A stretch of 64,000 nucleotides of DNA from Nitriliruptoria bacterium (GTDB taxonomy: Bacteria; Actinomycetota; Nitriliruptoria; Euzebyales; Egibacteraceae): positions 31,231-95,230 of the forward strand of contig PUKE01000090.1 of the NCBI GenBank assembly GCA_003550425.1. Direction: 5' to 3'. A model generated the notes under the pieces. The model was not told the DNA's origin. It worked only from the letters and a program-made list of their open reading frames with translations, and did no database searches. Positions within the stretch are counted from its first letter, which is position 1. The number at the start of each line of letters is the position of its first letter. The position numbers and the translations under genes were made by a program. Positions 46,011-54,731 of this stretch are shown here, piece by piece.

Positions 46011-47963
46011 ATGATCGCTGATCTCGACCAGCGCCGTGCCGTGGGACCGGAGATCCACGGGGCCGCGCCGACCGGTGACCTCGCCGAGCTGTGGGAGAAC
46101 CACCAGCTCGACCTGAAGCTGGTCAATCCCCCGAACCGGCGCAAGTTCAAGGTCATCGTCGTGGGCACGGGGCTGGCCGGCGCCGGCGCGGCGGCGACGC
46201 TGTCCGAGCTCGGCTACCAGGTCGAGGCGTTCACCTTCCACGACGCCCCCCGGCGCGCCCACAGCGTGGCTGCCCAGGGCGGCATCAACGCCGCCAAGGG
46301 CTACAAGGCCGATGGCGACTCGGTGGAGCGCTTCTTCCGCGACACCGTCAAGGGCGGCGACTTCCGCGCCCGCGAGGCCGACGCCTACCGGCTCTCGGAG
46401 CTGTCGGTCCGCGTCATCGACCACATGACCGCCCAGGGCGTGCCCTTCGCCCGCGAGTACGGCGGCGGCATCGCCACCCGCTCCTTCGGCGGCGTGCAGG
46501 TCTCCCGGACCTTCTACGCGCGCGGCCAGACCGGGCAGCAGCTGCAGATCGCCGGCTCCCAGCAGCTGCTCAAGGAGGTCGGCGCCGGGCGCCTGACGCT
46601 GCACACGCGCACCGAGATGCTCGACCTGATCGTCTCCGAGGGGCGCGCGGTGGGCATCGTCGTGCGCGACCTCGTCACCGGCGAGATCCGACCGGTCACG
46701 GCTCACGCGGTGGTGCTGGCCACGGGCGGCTACGGCAACGCCTACTTCAAGAGCACCCTGGCCAAGTCATCCAACGTCTCGGCGACCTGGCGGGCCCACA
46801 AGCGGGGCGCGCTGTTCGCCAACCCCTGCTACGTGCAGTTCCACCCGACCTCGCTGCCGCTCAACAGCGAGTGGCAGTCCAAGGTCACCCTGATGAGCGA
46901 GTCGCTGCGCAACGACGGTCGCGTCTGGGTCCCCAAGGAGCCCGGCGACACGCGCCCGCCCAACGAGATCCCCGAGGAGGAGCGCGACTACTACCTGGAG
47001 CGCCTCTACCCCTCCTTCGGCAACCTCGCGCCGCGCGACATCTCCTCGCGGGCCGCCAAGGCCCAGCTGGACGCCGGCAAGGGCGTGGGCCCGCTGCGCA
47101 ACGGCGTCTACCTCGACTTCTCCGACGCGATCGCGCGGCTGGGCCGCAAGACGATCGAGGACCGCTACAGCAACCTGTTCGAGCTCTACATCGACGCCAC
47201 GGGCGAGGACCCCTGGACCGAGCCGATGCGCATCGCGCCCGGCCCCCACTTCGTCATGGGCGGCCTGTGGACCGACTACGACGGGATGAGCTCGATCCCT
47301 GGCCTGTTCGTCGGCGGCGAGGCGAGCTTCAACTACCACGGGGCCAACCGGCTGGGCGCCAACTCCCTGCTGTCGGCCTCGGTGGACGGGTGGTTCGTGC
47401 TGCCCTGGACCGTGCCGAACTACCTGGCACCCCAGCTCGGCACCGACCCCCTCCCCGAGGACCACCCGGACGTGCAGGCCACCGTGCGCGACGTCCGCGA
47501 GCAGATCGACGCCCTGCTCAGCGTGGGCGGCACGCGCGGGCCCGACTACTTCCACAAGGAGCTCGGCGACCTGCTGTGGGACCACGTGGGCGTGGAGCGC
47601 AACGGTCACAGCCTGGCCAAGGGCGCCGACGCGATCCGCGACCTGCGCGAGGAGTTCTGGCGCGACGTCCGCGTGGTCGGGCACGGCCAGCAGCTCAACC
47701 AGGAGCTCGAGCGCGCGGGTCGCGTCGCCGACTTCCTGGAGATGGGCGAGCTGATGGCCTTGGACGCCCTGGACCGCGAGGAGTCCGCGGGGGCGCACTT
47801 CCGCACCGAGTACCAGACCGAGGAGGGCGAGGCGCAGCGCGACGACGAGCACTGGGCCAGCACCTCCGCCTGGGCTCCGGCCGGACCGGACGGTCGTCCG
47901 GTCCGCCGCAGCGAGCCCCTCACCTTCGAGCGGATCGCCCTGGCGACGAGGAGCTACAAGTAA
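46011..47963 (+). CDS. sdhA: succinate dehydrogenase / fumarate reductase flavoprotein subunit
   Basis: ATG at 46011, 7 nt after GGGAGG. VIVVGTGLAGAGAAATL FAD fold, RRAHSVAAQGGINAA (covalent-FAD His context), SRTFYARGQTGQQL. Confidence 0.92.
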   Translation: MIADLDQRRAVGPEIHGAAPTGDLAELWENHQLDLKLVNPPNRRKFKVIVVGTGLAGAGAAATLSELGYQVEAFTFHDAPRRAHSVAAQGGINAAKGYKADGDSVERFFRDTVKGGDFRAREADAYRLSELSVRVIDHMTAQGVPFAREYGGGIATRSFGGVQVSRTFYARGQTGQQLQIAGSQQLLKEVGAGRLTLHTRTEMLDLIVSEGRAVGIVVRDLVTGEIRPVTAHAVVLATGGYGNAYFKSTLAKSSNVSATWRAHKRGALFANPCYVQFHPTSLPLNSEWQSKVTLMSESLRNDGRVWVPKEPGDTRPPNEIPEEERDYYLERLYPSFGNLAPRDISSRAAKAQLDAGKGVGPLRNGVYLDFSDAIARLGRKTIEDRYSNLFELYIDATGEDPWTEPMRIAPGPHFVMGGLWTDYDGMSSIPGLFVGGEASFNYHGANRLGANSLLSASVDGWFVLPWTVPNYLAPQLGTDPLPEDHPDVQATVRDVREQIDALLSVGGTRGPDYFHKELGDLLWDHVGVERNGHSLAKGADAIRDLREEFWRDVRVVGHGQQLNQELERAGRVADFLEMGELMALDALDREESAGAHFRTEYQTEEGEAQRDDEHWASTSAWAPAGPDGRPVRRSEPLTFERIALATRSYK

Positions 47964-48808
47964 TGCGGTTGCAGCTGGACGTGTGGCGTCAGCAGGACGC
48001 GAGCGACGCGGGGCGCTTCGAGCGCTATCAAGTGGACCAGGCCGGACCCGAGATGAGCGTGCTGGAGCTGCTCGACCTGCTCAACGCCCAGCTCGTCGAC
48101 GAGGGCCGGGAGCCAGTGGCGTTCGACCACGACTGCCGCGAGGGCATCTGCGGCAGCTGCGGCGTGATGGTCGAGGGGCGCCCGCACGGGCCCGTCGACT
48201 ACACCCCCTCGTGCCTGCAGCGCCTGCGCAGCTTCTCCGAGGGCGACACGGTGCGCATCGAGCCCTTCCGCTCCGAGGCGTTCCCGGTGCTCCGCGACCT
48301 CGTCGTGGACCGCTCGGGCCTCGATCGGATCGTGGCCTCGGGCGGCTACGTGTCGACCCCCACCAACGCCGCCCCCGAGGCGGTGACCATGCCCGTCAAC
48401 CGCGACGAGGCCGACCAGGCCATGGACTTCGCCGCCTGCATCGGCTGCGGCGCATGCGTGGCCGCCTGCCCGAACGCCGCGGCGCAGCTGTTCACGGGGG
48501 CGAAGGTCGCGCACCTGGCCTCGCTGCCCCAGGGACAGGTCGAGCGCGCCGAGCGCGTGCGCAACATGGTCGACACGATGGAGGCGGACTTCGGGTCCTG
48601 CACCAACCTCGGCGAGTGCGAGCCCGCCTGCCCCGCCGACATCCCCCTGCGCGTCATCGCCGAGATGAACACCGAGTACCGCAAGGCGCTGTGGCGCCAC
48701 CGCCGCACCGAGGAGCCCGACCGCCGCGGCATCCGCTGGCTGTCGCGGCTGCGCACCGGGCCGTGGTGGCAGTCCGACCCCGACGAGCGTCCGCCCGGCG
48801 GCGGCTAG
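47963..48808 (+). CDS. sdhB: succinate dehydrogenase / fumarate reductase iron-sulfur subunit
   Basis: ATG overlaps the sdhA stop (TAATG). Three Cys clusters: CREGICGSCG, CIGCGACVAACP, CTNLGECEPACP. Carries a basic/Trp-rich C-terminal extension of about 35 aa. Confidence 0.9.
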   Translation: MRLQLDVWRQQDASDAGRFERYQVDQAGPEMSVLELLDLLNAQLVDEGREPVAFDHDCREGICGSCGVMVEGRPHGPVDYTPSCLQRLRSFSEGDTVRIEPFRSEAFPVLRDLVVDRSGLDRIVASGGYVSTPTNAAPEAVTMPVNRDEADQAMDFAACIGCGACVAACPNAAAQLFTGAKVAHLASLPQGQVERAERVRNMVDTMEADFGSCTNLGECEPACPADIPLRVIAEMNTEYRKALWRHRRTEEPDRRGIRWLSRLRTGPWWQSDPDERPPGGG

Positions 48809-48844
48809 CCCCGGCCGGCGCGAGGTCGGCGCGCCCCGGGCTGG

Positions 48845-49564
48845 CTAGCCCCGGGGCGTGGCGATCCCCCGCACGTGGGGCAGGGTCGGCGTGGGAAGGC
48901 GCGAGGGGAACGCGAAGCGCTCGAGCCGCTGAGGGGTCAGGCCAGCCTCGGCCAGCGTCGTGACCGTGGGCCGCGCGGTGTGGCAGCCGCCACCGACGTG
49001 CGGCCACGCGAGGTCGAGGCTGCGCTGCAGTCGCTGGCCGAGCGGCGTGGCCGCGCGCACGTGCTCGCAGAATCGCAGCTGCCCGTCGGGTCGCAGGACG
49101 CGACGCAGCTCCCGGGCCGCGACGCGCGGCGCCTCGACCGAGCACAGCACCAGCATCGCCACGGCGGCGTCGCAGGATCCGTCGGCCACCGGGAGCGCCT
49201 CGGCGCGTCCGGGCAGCACCGTCACCGGCACGGGTGCGTGCCGGGCCGCCTGCGCGGCGCGGGCGCGCAGGCGGGGCTCGGGCTCCACCGCCACGACCTC
49301 GGTGACCGTCGAGGGGTAGTGAGCGAACATCTGCCCGTCGCCACAGCCGACCTCGACCACGCGACCCGCCAGCCCGGCCACGGTCCACGCGCGGTGGTCG
49401 GCGAGCCCGCGCTGCTCCAGCCGTGGCGCCAGCCGCTGCCAGATCCACGCGAACCAGGGATCCGGGCGGTCGGGGCCCTGGTCGGGGCCGTGGTCTGGGC
49501 CCCGGTCAGGCGCTGATGCGCTGACGCCCGCTGCGCAGCTCGCTCGGCAGGTGCGACTGGTCAT
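48845..49564 (-). CDS. class I SAM-dependent methyltransferase (Methyltransf_11-like)
   Basis: VVEVGCGDG motif I, then LRPDGQLRFCEH. The only canonical in-frame starts (49564, 49582) lie inside the upstream phosphatase gene, so the start is uncertain. Confidence 0.72.
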   Translation of the reverse strand: MTSRTCRASCAAGVSASAPDRGPDHGPDQGPDRPDPWFAWIWQRLAPRLEQRGLADHRAWTVAGLAGRVVEVGCGDGQMFAHYPSTVTEVVAVEPEPRLRARAAQAARHAPVPVTVLPGRAEALPVADGSCDAAVAMLVLCSVEAPRVAARELRRVLRPDGQLRFCEHVRAATPLGQRLQRSLDLAWPHVGGGCHTARPTVTTLAEAGLTPQRLERFAFPSRLPTPTLPHVRGIATPRG

Positions 49565-50159
49565 CGTAGGCCTCGATCGCAAGCGGCGGCGTCGCGCCGC
49601 ACAGCGCGCAGACGGCGGCGTTGCCGACCCCGTGGAAGCGGCTGCGCTCGGCGCCCTCGCCAGCGTGGGTGAGCTCGGCCACCGCCGCTCGCAGCGCCCA
49701 CCCGTGGGTGACGATCACCAGGGTGGCCTGCGGGCGGATCGCCAGCGCCTCGGCAGCGGCGGCACCCACCCGCGCGCGCAGGGCGGGCAAGGACTCGCCG
49801 TCGCCACCCGCGGGACCGCGCCCCTCGCGGAAGGCGGCGAAGCGCTCGGGCTCGGCCCGGCGGACCTCCTCCACCGCGCGGCCGGTCCAGGAGCCGACGT
49901 CCAGCTCGCGCCAGCGCGCGTCGACGTGCGCCTGCCAGCCCGTGCGGGCGAGGGTCGGCGCGGCCGTCTCGGCCACCCGCTGCAGGTCGCTGCGCACGAG
50001 CACGGCCTCGGGGAGCGCGGCCAGGCGGTCAGCGAGGGCCTCGGCCTGGGCCCGTCCGTGCGGCGTCAGCCCGACGCCCTGCTGGCCCTGCCAGCGCCCG
50101 CTGGCGTTGCCCTCCGACTGCGCGTGGCGGACGAGCAGCACGCGCCGCGGTGGGCTCAC
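49506..50159 (-). CDS. histidine phosphatase family protein (phosphoglycerate-mutase-like; GpgP/CobC-type position after rsfS)
   Basis: GTG at 50159 overlaps the rsfS stop (GTGA). VLLVRHAQSEGN (RHG-type motif) and a second His in IVTHGWAL. Confidence 0.85.
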   Translation of the reverse strand: MSPPRRVLLVRHAQSEGNASGRWQGQQGVGLTPHGRAQAEALADRLAALPEAVLVRSDLQRVAETAAPTLARTGWQAHVDARWRELDVGSWTGRAVEEVRRAEPERFAAFREGRGPAGGDGESLPALRARVGAAAAEALAIRPQATLVIVTHGWALRAAVAELTHAGEGAERSRFHGVGNAAVCALCGATPPLAIEAYDDQSHLPSELRSGRQRISA

Positions 50160-50578
50160 GCCGACGTCGCCACCTGCTGCGGCGGCGTGTCGTCGATGAC
50201 CTCGACCGGGGCATCGCCCCAGAGTCGCTCCAGGTCGTAGACGGCGCGCTGCTCGTCGGTGAACGCGTGGACGACCACGTCCCCGTAGTCGAGCACCAGC
50301 CAGCCGCTGGTGAGGTCGCCCTCGCGCCGCAGGGGCTTGTGCCCGTGCGCGCGGCACACCTCCTCGACGCGGTCGATGATCACGTCGAGCTGGCGGGTGC
50401 TGGCAGCCGAGCAGATGACGAAGACGTCGGTGACCTGCAGCAGGTCGCCGACGTCGAGCAGGCGGATGCGACTGGCCTTCTTGTCGGCGGCCCCGTGGGC
50501 CGCGAGGCGGGCGAGCGCGAAGGAGGCGGTCGTGTCGACGGTGCTCAGAGCGGTTGCTCCCGGTACGACGCTGGTCAC
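50156..50578 (-). CDS. rsfS: ribosome silencing factor RsfS (iojap-like)
   Basis: DVFVICSAASTRQLDVIIDRVEE...WLVLDYGDVVVHAF is typical RsfS. Start set at the GTG at 50578 (140 aa). A TTG at 50659 is an alternative start. Confidence 0.85.
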   Translation of the reverse strand: MTSVVPGATALSTVDTTASFALARLAAHGAADKKASRIRLLDVGDLLQVTDVFVICSAASTRQLDVIIDRVEEVCRAHGHKPLRREGDLTSGWLVLDYGDVVVHAFTDEQRAVYDLERLWGDAPVEVIDDTPPQQVATSA

Positions 50579-50669
50579 CTGCGCAGGCGGGCTGGCCGCC
50601 TGTGCTGCGGATGGTACCCGGGTGCCCCCAGCGACGCACCACAGGCGCCGCAGGCACAAGGCAAGGGGG

Positions 50670-51296
50670 CTAGCGGGGCTGGTCGATCCCCAGGCGCTGG
50701 CGCTCGGTGCCGTAGAGGCCGTGCTTGCGGGCGTACTGCTCGACCTCGCGGGGGATCAGGTAGGTCACGGGCCGCCCCGCCGCGATGCGCTCGCGCACGT
50801 CGGTCGAGCTGATCGCGAGCGCTGGGACGTCCACCGCCATCACCTTCTCGCGCACCCCGGTCTCCTCGAGGTCGCTCAGGTCGTGCCCGGGGCGCGTGGC
50901 GGCGACGAACTCGGCCAGCTCCAGGCACTCCGTCGCGTCGCGCCAGGTCAGGATCGACAGGATCGCGTCGGCGCCGGTGATGAAGAACAGGTCCTCGTCC
51001 GGCAGGCGCTCGCGCAGCGCCCGCAGCGTGTCGACCGTGTAGGTGGGGCCTGGCGCGTCCACCTCGACGCGCGAGACGCTGAAGGCGGGGTTGGCGGCCG
51101 TGGCCAGCACGGTCATCAGGTAGCGGTGCTCGGCCGGCGTCACCTCGCGGGCCTTCTGCCAGGGCGCGCCGGCGGGGATGAACACGACCTCGTCGAGCGC
51201 GAGGTCGGCGCGGATCTGCTCGGCCGCGACGAGGTGCCCCAGGTGGATGGGATCGAACGTCCCGCCCATGATCCCGAGCCGCCGCGCCGTTCCCAT
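50670..51296 (-). CDS. nadD: nicotinate-nucleotide adenylyltransferase
   Basis: ATG at 51296. LGIMGGTFDPIHLGHL (HxGH nucleotidyltransferase motif), then ISSTDVRERI. Confidence 0.93.
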   Translation of the reverse strand: MGTARRLGIMGGTFDPIHLGHLVAAEQIRADLALDEVVFIPAGAPWQKAREVTPAEHRYLMTVLATAANPAFSVSRVEVDAPGPTYTVDTLRALRERLPDEDLFFITGADAILSILTWRDATECLELAEFVAATRPGHDLSDLEETGVREKVMAVDVPALAISSTDVRERIAAGRPVTYLIPREVEQYARKHGLYGTERQRLGIDQPR

Positions 51297-51322
51297 GCGC
51301 GGGAGTGTAGGAGGCGCGCGGG

Positions 51323-52567
51323 TCAGCCGCGCACGTGGCCGTCCCCCTCGACCACGTACTTGGTCGAGGTGAGCTCGGGCAGGGCCATGGGGCCGCGAGC
51401 GTGCAGCTTCTGGGTCGAGATGCCGATCTCGGCGCCGAACCCGAACTGGCCACCGTCGGTGAAGTAGGTCGAGGCGTTGACCATCACCGCCGCGGCATCG
51501 ACCTCGGCGGTGAAGCGTCGGGCCGCGTGGCGCTCCTCGGTCACGATCGCCTCGGTGTGGCCGGTGCCATGCTGGGCGATGTGGGCCAGCGCCGCGTCGA
51601 GGTCCTCGACCACGCGGACGGCCAGCACCAGGTCCAGGTACTCGGTGTCCCAGTCCTCCTCGCTGGCCGGCGTGGCGTCGACGAGGTCGCAGGTGGGCGG
51701 GTCGCCGCGCAGCTCGACGCCCTCGCGGGCCAGGGCCTCGGCGGCGCGCGGCAGCAGGGCCTCGGCGACGTCGCGATGGACCAGCAGCGACTCGGCGGCG
51801 CAGCACACGCTCGGGCGCGCCGCCTTGGCGTTGACGATCAGGCGCTCGGCCATCGCGAGGTCGGCGGTGCGGTCCACGTAGACGTGGCAGTTGCCCACGC
51901 CGGTCTCGATGACCGGCACCTGGCTCTCGGTGACCACCGACTGGATCAGCCCCGCCCCGCCGCGCGGGATCAGCAGGTCCACGAGGCCTCGAGCGCGCAT
52001 GAGCTCCTTGACGGCGTCGCGGCTCGTGTCGTCGATGAGGGTGATCGCGGCCTCGGGCAGGCCCACCGAGACCACCGCGTCGCGCAGGATCGCCGCGATC
52101 GCGCGGTTGGAGCGGATGGCGCTGGAGGACCCGCGCAGCACGACCGCGTTGCCGGCCTTCAGGGCCAGGCCAGCCGCGTCCGCGGTGACGTTGGGCCGCC
52201 CCTCGTACACCATGGCCACGACCCCGAGGGGCACGCGCACCTGACGGATCTGTAGGCCGTTGGGCTGGGTCCAGCCGCGGGTGACCTCGCCCACCGGATC
52301 GCGGAGATCGAGCAGGGAGCGCAGGCCGTCGGCGACCCCCGCCAAGCGCTGCGACGACAGCGCGAGCCGGTCCACCGTCGCCGCGGGCAGCCCCTCCGCG
52401 CGGGCGGCCTCGACGTCGGCGGCGTTGGCCTCGAGCACCTCGTCGGCGCGGGCGTCCAGCGCGTCCGCCATCGCGGCGAGCGCCCGGTCCTTCTCCTGCG
52501 AGGTGGCGGTCTGCAGGCGCGCCGTGGCGGCCTTGGCGGCACGGCACAGGTCCAGCACGGTCGACAT
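51323..52567 (-). CDS. proA: glutamate-5-semialdehyde dehydrogenase (gamma-glutamyl phosphate reductase)
   Basis: ATG at 52567 preceded by GGGAGG. Full-length ProA similarity, including [11 protein letters not shown] (catalytic Cys) and HTEAIVTE. Confidence 0.95.
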   Translation of the reverse strand: MSTVLDLCRAAKAATARLQTATSQEKDRALAAMADALDARADEVLEANAADVEAARAEGLPAATVDRLALSSQRLAGVADGLRSLLDLRDPVGEVTRGWTQPNGLQIRQVRVPLGVVAMVYEGRPNVTADAAGLALKAGNAVVLRGSSSAIRSNRAIAAILRDAVVSVGLPEAAITLIDDTSRDAVKELMRARGLVDLLIPRGGAGLIQSVVTESQVPVIETGVGNCHVYVDRTADLAMAERLIVNAKAARPSVCCAAESLLVHRDVAEALLPRAAEALAREGVELRGDPPTCDLVDATPASEEDWDTEYLDLVLAVRVVEDLDAALAHIAQHGTGHTEAIVTEERHAARRFTAEVDAAAVMVNASTYFTDGGQFGFGAEIGISTQKLHARGPMALPELTSTKYVVEGDGHVRG

Positions 52568-52812
52568 GGGGCCTCCCAGCACGGAGCGGGGCGCAGCGGG
52601 TGCGGCGCGGGCAGGCCCGGCCGAGCGCCGGTCGGGCCGATGCTCCCGCGGGCGTCAAGGATAGTGCGACGGGTGGCCTGGGCCACCTCGTGCAGGGTCG
52701 TCGCACGGTCGTCGGAGGGTCGCCGCGCACCCGGTGGCCCTGCGCTGGTGCGAGCGCACGGAGAACGGGCACACTGCCGGGCGACGACCCCACCCTCGAC
52801 CAGGTGAGCCAG

Positions 52813-53352
52813 ATGAGCGACTTCCAGGAGGCCCTGCAGCAGCGGTTGGAGCGCAACGCCGAGCTCGCCGAGCAGCGTCGGCGCGCCGAGCAGGAGATGG
52901 ACCGCGTCCGCGAGCAGCAGGCCGAGGAGGCGATCCGCGCCGAGCACGCCCGGCGGCAGGCTCAGATGCAGCGCCACGAGGAGCTGGTCGAGGCGCTCGC
53001 CGAGCGCGCCCAGGCCCTCAAGGCCTCCGACACCGAGCACTTCGTGGTGCGCCTGGGGTGGACGGAGTCCCGCGAGGAGTACATCGCCAAGATCTCGACC
53101 CGCAAGCTGCAGCCCGCCCGCAGCCTGCTCATCGAGCTGGACCGCGCCGACGACGAGGTCCTCGCGCGCTGGCACTCCGACCTCGGCAACAGCCTCGAGC
53201 TGTGGCGGCTGCTCGAGGTGGAGCCGCCCCTGCTGGAGGAGCTGCTGCTGCAGGTCGCCGACCAGGCCATGTGGCGCGAGCTGGAGCGTCCCCCAGCCTT
53301 CCCGCGCGGGGGTCGCCATGACGAGGAGCACGAGGAGCAGCGCTCGCGCTGA
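52813..53352 (+). CDS. hypothetical protein (179 aa), N-terminal coiled-coil-like Glu/Arg/Gln-rich region
   Basis: ATG at 52813 after AGGTGAG. High GC3. MSDFQEALQQRLERNAELAEQRRRAEQEMDRVREQQAEE... followed by a mixed alpha/beta-looking C-terminal half. No family recognised. Confidence 0.6.
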   Translation: MSDFQEALQQRLERNAELAEQRRRAEQEMDRVREQQAEEAIRAEHARRQAQMQRHEELVEALAERAQALKASDTEHFVVRLGWTESREEYIAKISTRKLQPARSLLIELDRADDEVLARWHSDLGNSLELWRLLEVEPPLLEELLLQVADQAMWRELERPPAFPRGGRHDEEHEEQRSR

Positions 53353-53417
53353 CGGGCGTCGCCGCCGGCGCCCGCACGGTGGCCGCCCCGGCAGCGCGCA
53401 CCGAGGAGGAGGTCGCC

Positions 53418-53594
53418 GTGGTCAGCCAGTGCCCCAAGTGCGAGCTGCGCTTCGCGGTCGACGAGGAGCTCGACGACCATCTCGCGCGCGACCATCGCGT
53501 GCCGCGCGAGGGGCTGCCCGACCGGCCCCGTCCGGGTGCCTTTCGCCGCGATGACCGCGAGTCCCTCGCCAACCCGCCGCGCACGCGCCGCTGA
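53418..53594 (+). CDS. small (58 aa) C2H2-type zinc-finger-like protein
   Basis: GTG at 53418, 5 nt after the strong SD GAGGAGGAGG. High GC3. VVSQCPKCELRFAVDEELDDHLARDH fits C-x2-C-x3-F-x5-L-x2-H-x4-H. Confidence 0.55.
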   Translation: MVSQCPKCELRFAVDEELDDHLARDHRVPREGLPDRPRPGAFRRDDRESLANPPRTRR

Positions 53595-53597
53595 CCG

Positions 53598-54731
53598 CTA
53601 GCGCGGCTGCCCCGGGGCGCCCAGGACGATCAGCTGGTCGCGGTGGATGACCTCGGGCGGGTCGGCGACCGCCAGCGAGTCGGCGACCTCGGCCTGCCTG
53701 CGCCCGCGCAGCCCCGACAGGGTCGCGGCGTCGAAGGCCGAGAGCCCGCGAGCGACGATGTGCCCGTCGGGGCCGCGCACGTCCACCGGGTCGCCGGCCG
53801 CGAAGGTGCCGTGCACCGCGACCACGCCCGCGGCCAGCAGCGAGGTGCCGCGGCGCAGCAGCGCGTCGACCGCGCCCGCATCGACCTCCACCGCGCCGCT
53901 GGGCTGCTGGGCGAAGGCGATCCACAGCTTCCGGCTCTCGGGCCGCGAGGGGCTGGGCGGGAACCAGGTGCCGACCTCGTGGCCGGTCACCGCGTCCTCG
54001 ACGACCTGGGGCCGGCGCGCGGCGGCCAGCACCGTGTGGCAGCTGGAGAACCACGCGATGCGCGCCGCCTCGACCTTGCTGGCCATGCCGCCGGTGCCCA
54101 CCGCCGAGCTGCCGCCGAAGTCGTAGCGCGCCACCTCCGCGGGGTCGTCCAGCTGGGGCACCACGCGCGGCGCGACGTCAGCGCCCGGCCGGGCGGTCAG
54201 CACGCCCTCCACGTCGGACAGCAGCAGCAGCAGCTCGGCCCCCAGCATCGACGCCACCAGCGCCGCGAGGCGGTCGTTGTCGCCGAACCGCAGCTCGTCG
54301 GTGGCCACGGTGTCGTTCTCGTTGACCACGGGCACCGCCCGGTAGCGCAGCAGCCGCTCGAAGGTGTTGCGGGCGTTCAGGTACCGCGTGCGGTCGGTGA
54401 CGTCGGAGGGGGTGAGCAGGACCTGGCCCACGGCCTGCCCGTAGGGCGCGAAGGCGTCGGCGTAGGCGTGGAGCAGCTTGCCCTGCCCCACGCTGGCCGC
54501 CGCCTGCAGGCTCGGCAGGTCCGGCGGTCGCCGCGGCAGGCCGAGCCCGCCCAGCCCGGCGGCCACCGCTCCCGAGGAGACCAGCACGACCTCGCTGCCG
54601 CGCTGCCCCACGCGCGCGAGCTGGCCGACCAGGTCGTCGAGGAACGCCCGGTCGACCCCATCGGGCCCGCGCAGGCTCGCCGAGCCGACCTTGACCACGA
54701 CCCGTCGGGGTCGAGGGAACCGCCGCGTCAC
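53598..54731 (-). CDS. proB: glutamate 5-kinase (with PUA domain)
   Basis: VVVKVGSASL, VLVSSGAVAAG and NENDTVATDELRFGDND. The C-terminal PUA-like region is present. GTG overlaps the obg stop (GTGA). Confidence 0.93.
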   Translation of the reverse strand: MTRRFPRPRRVVVKVGSASLRGPDGVDRAFLDDLVGQLARVGQRGSEVVLVSSGAVAAGLGGLGLPRRPPDLPSLQAAASVGQGKLLHAYADAFAPYGQAVGQVLLTPSDVTDRTRYLNARNTFERLLRYRAVPVVNENDTVATDELRFGDNDRLAALVASMLGAELLLLLSDVEGVLTARPGADVAPRVVPQLDDPAEVARYDFGGSSAVGTGGMASKVEAARIAWFSSCHTVLAAARRPQVVEDAVTGHEVGTWFPPSPSRPESRKLWIAFAQQPSGAVEVDAGAVDALLRRGTSLLAAGVVAVHGTFAAGDPVDVRGPDGHIVARGLSAFDAATLSGLRGRRQAEVADSLAVADPPEVIHRDQLIVLGAPGQPR

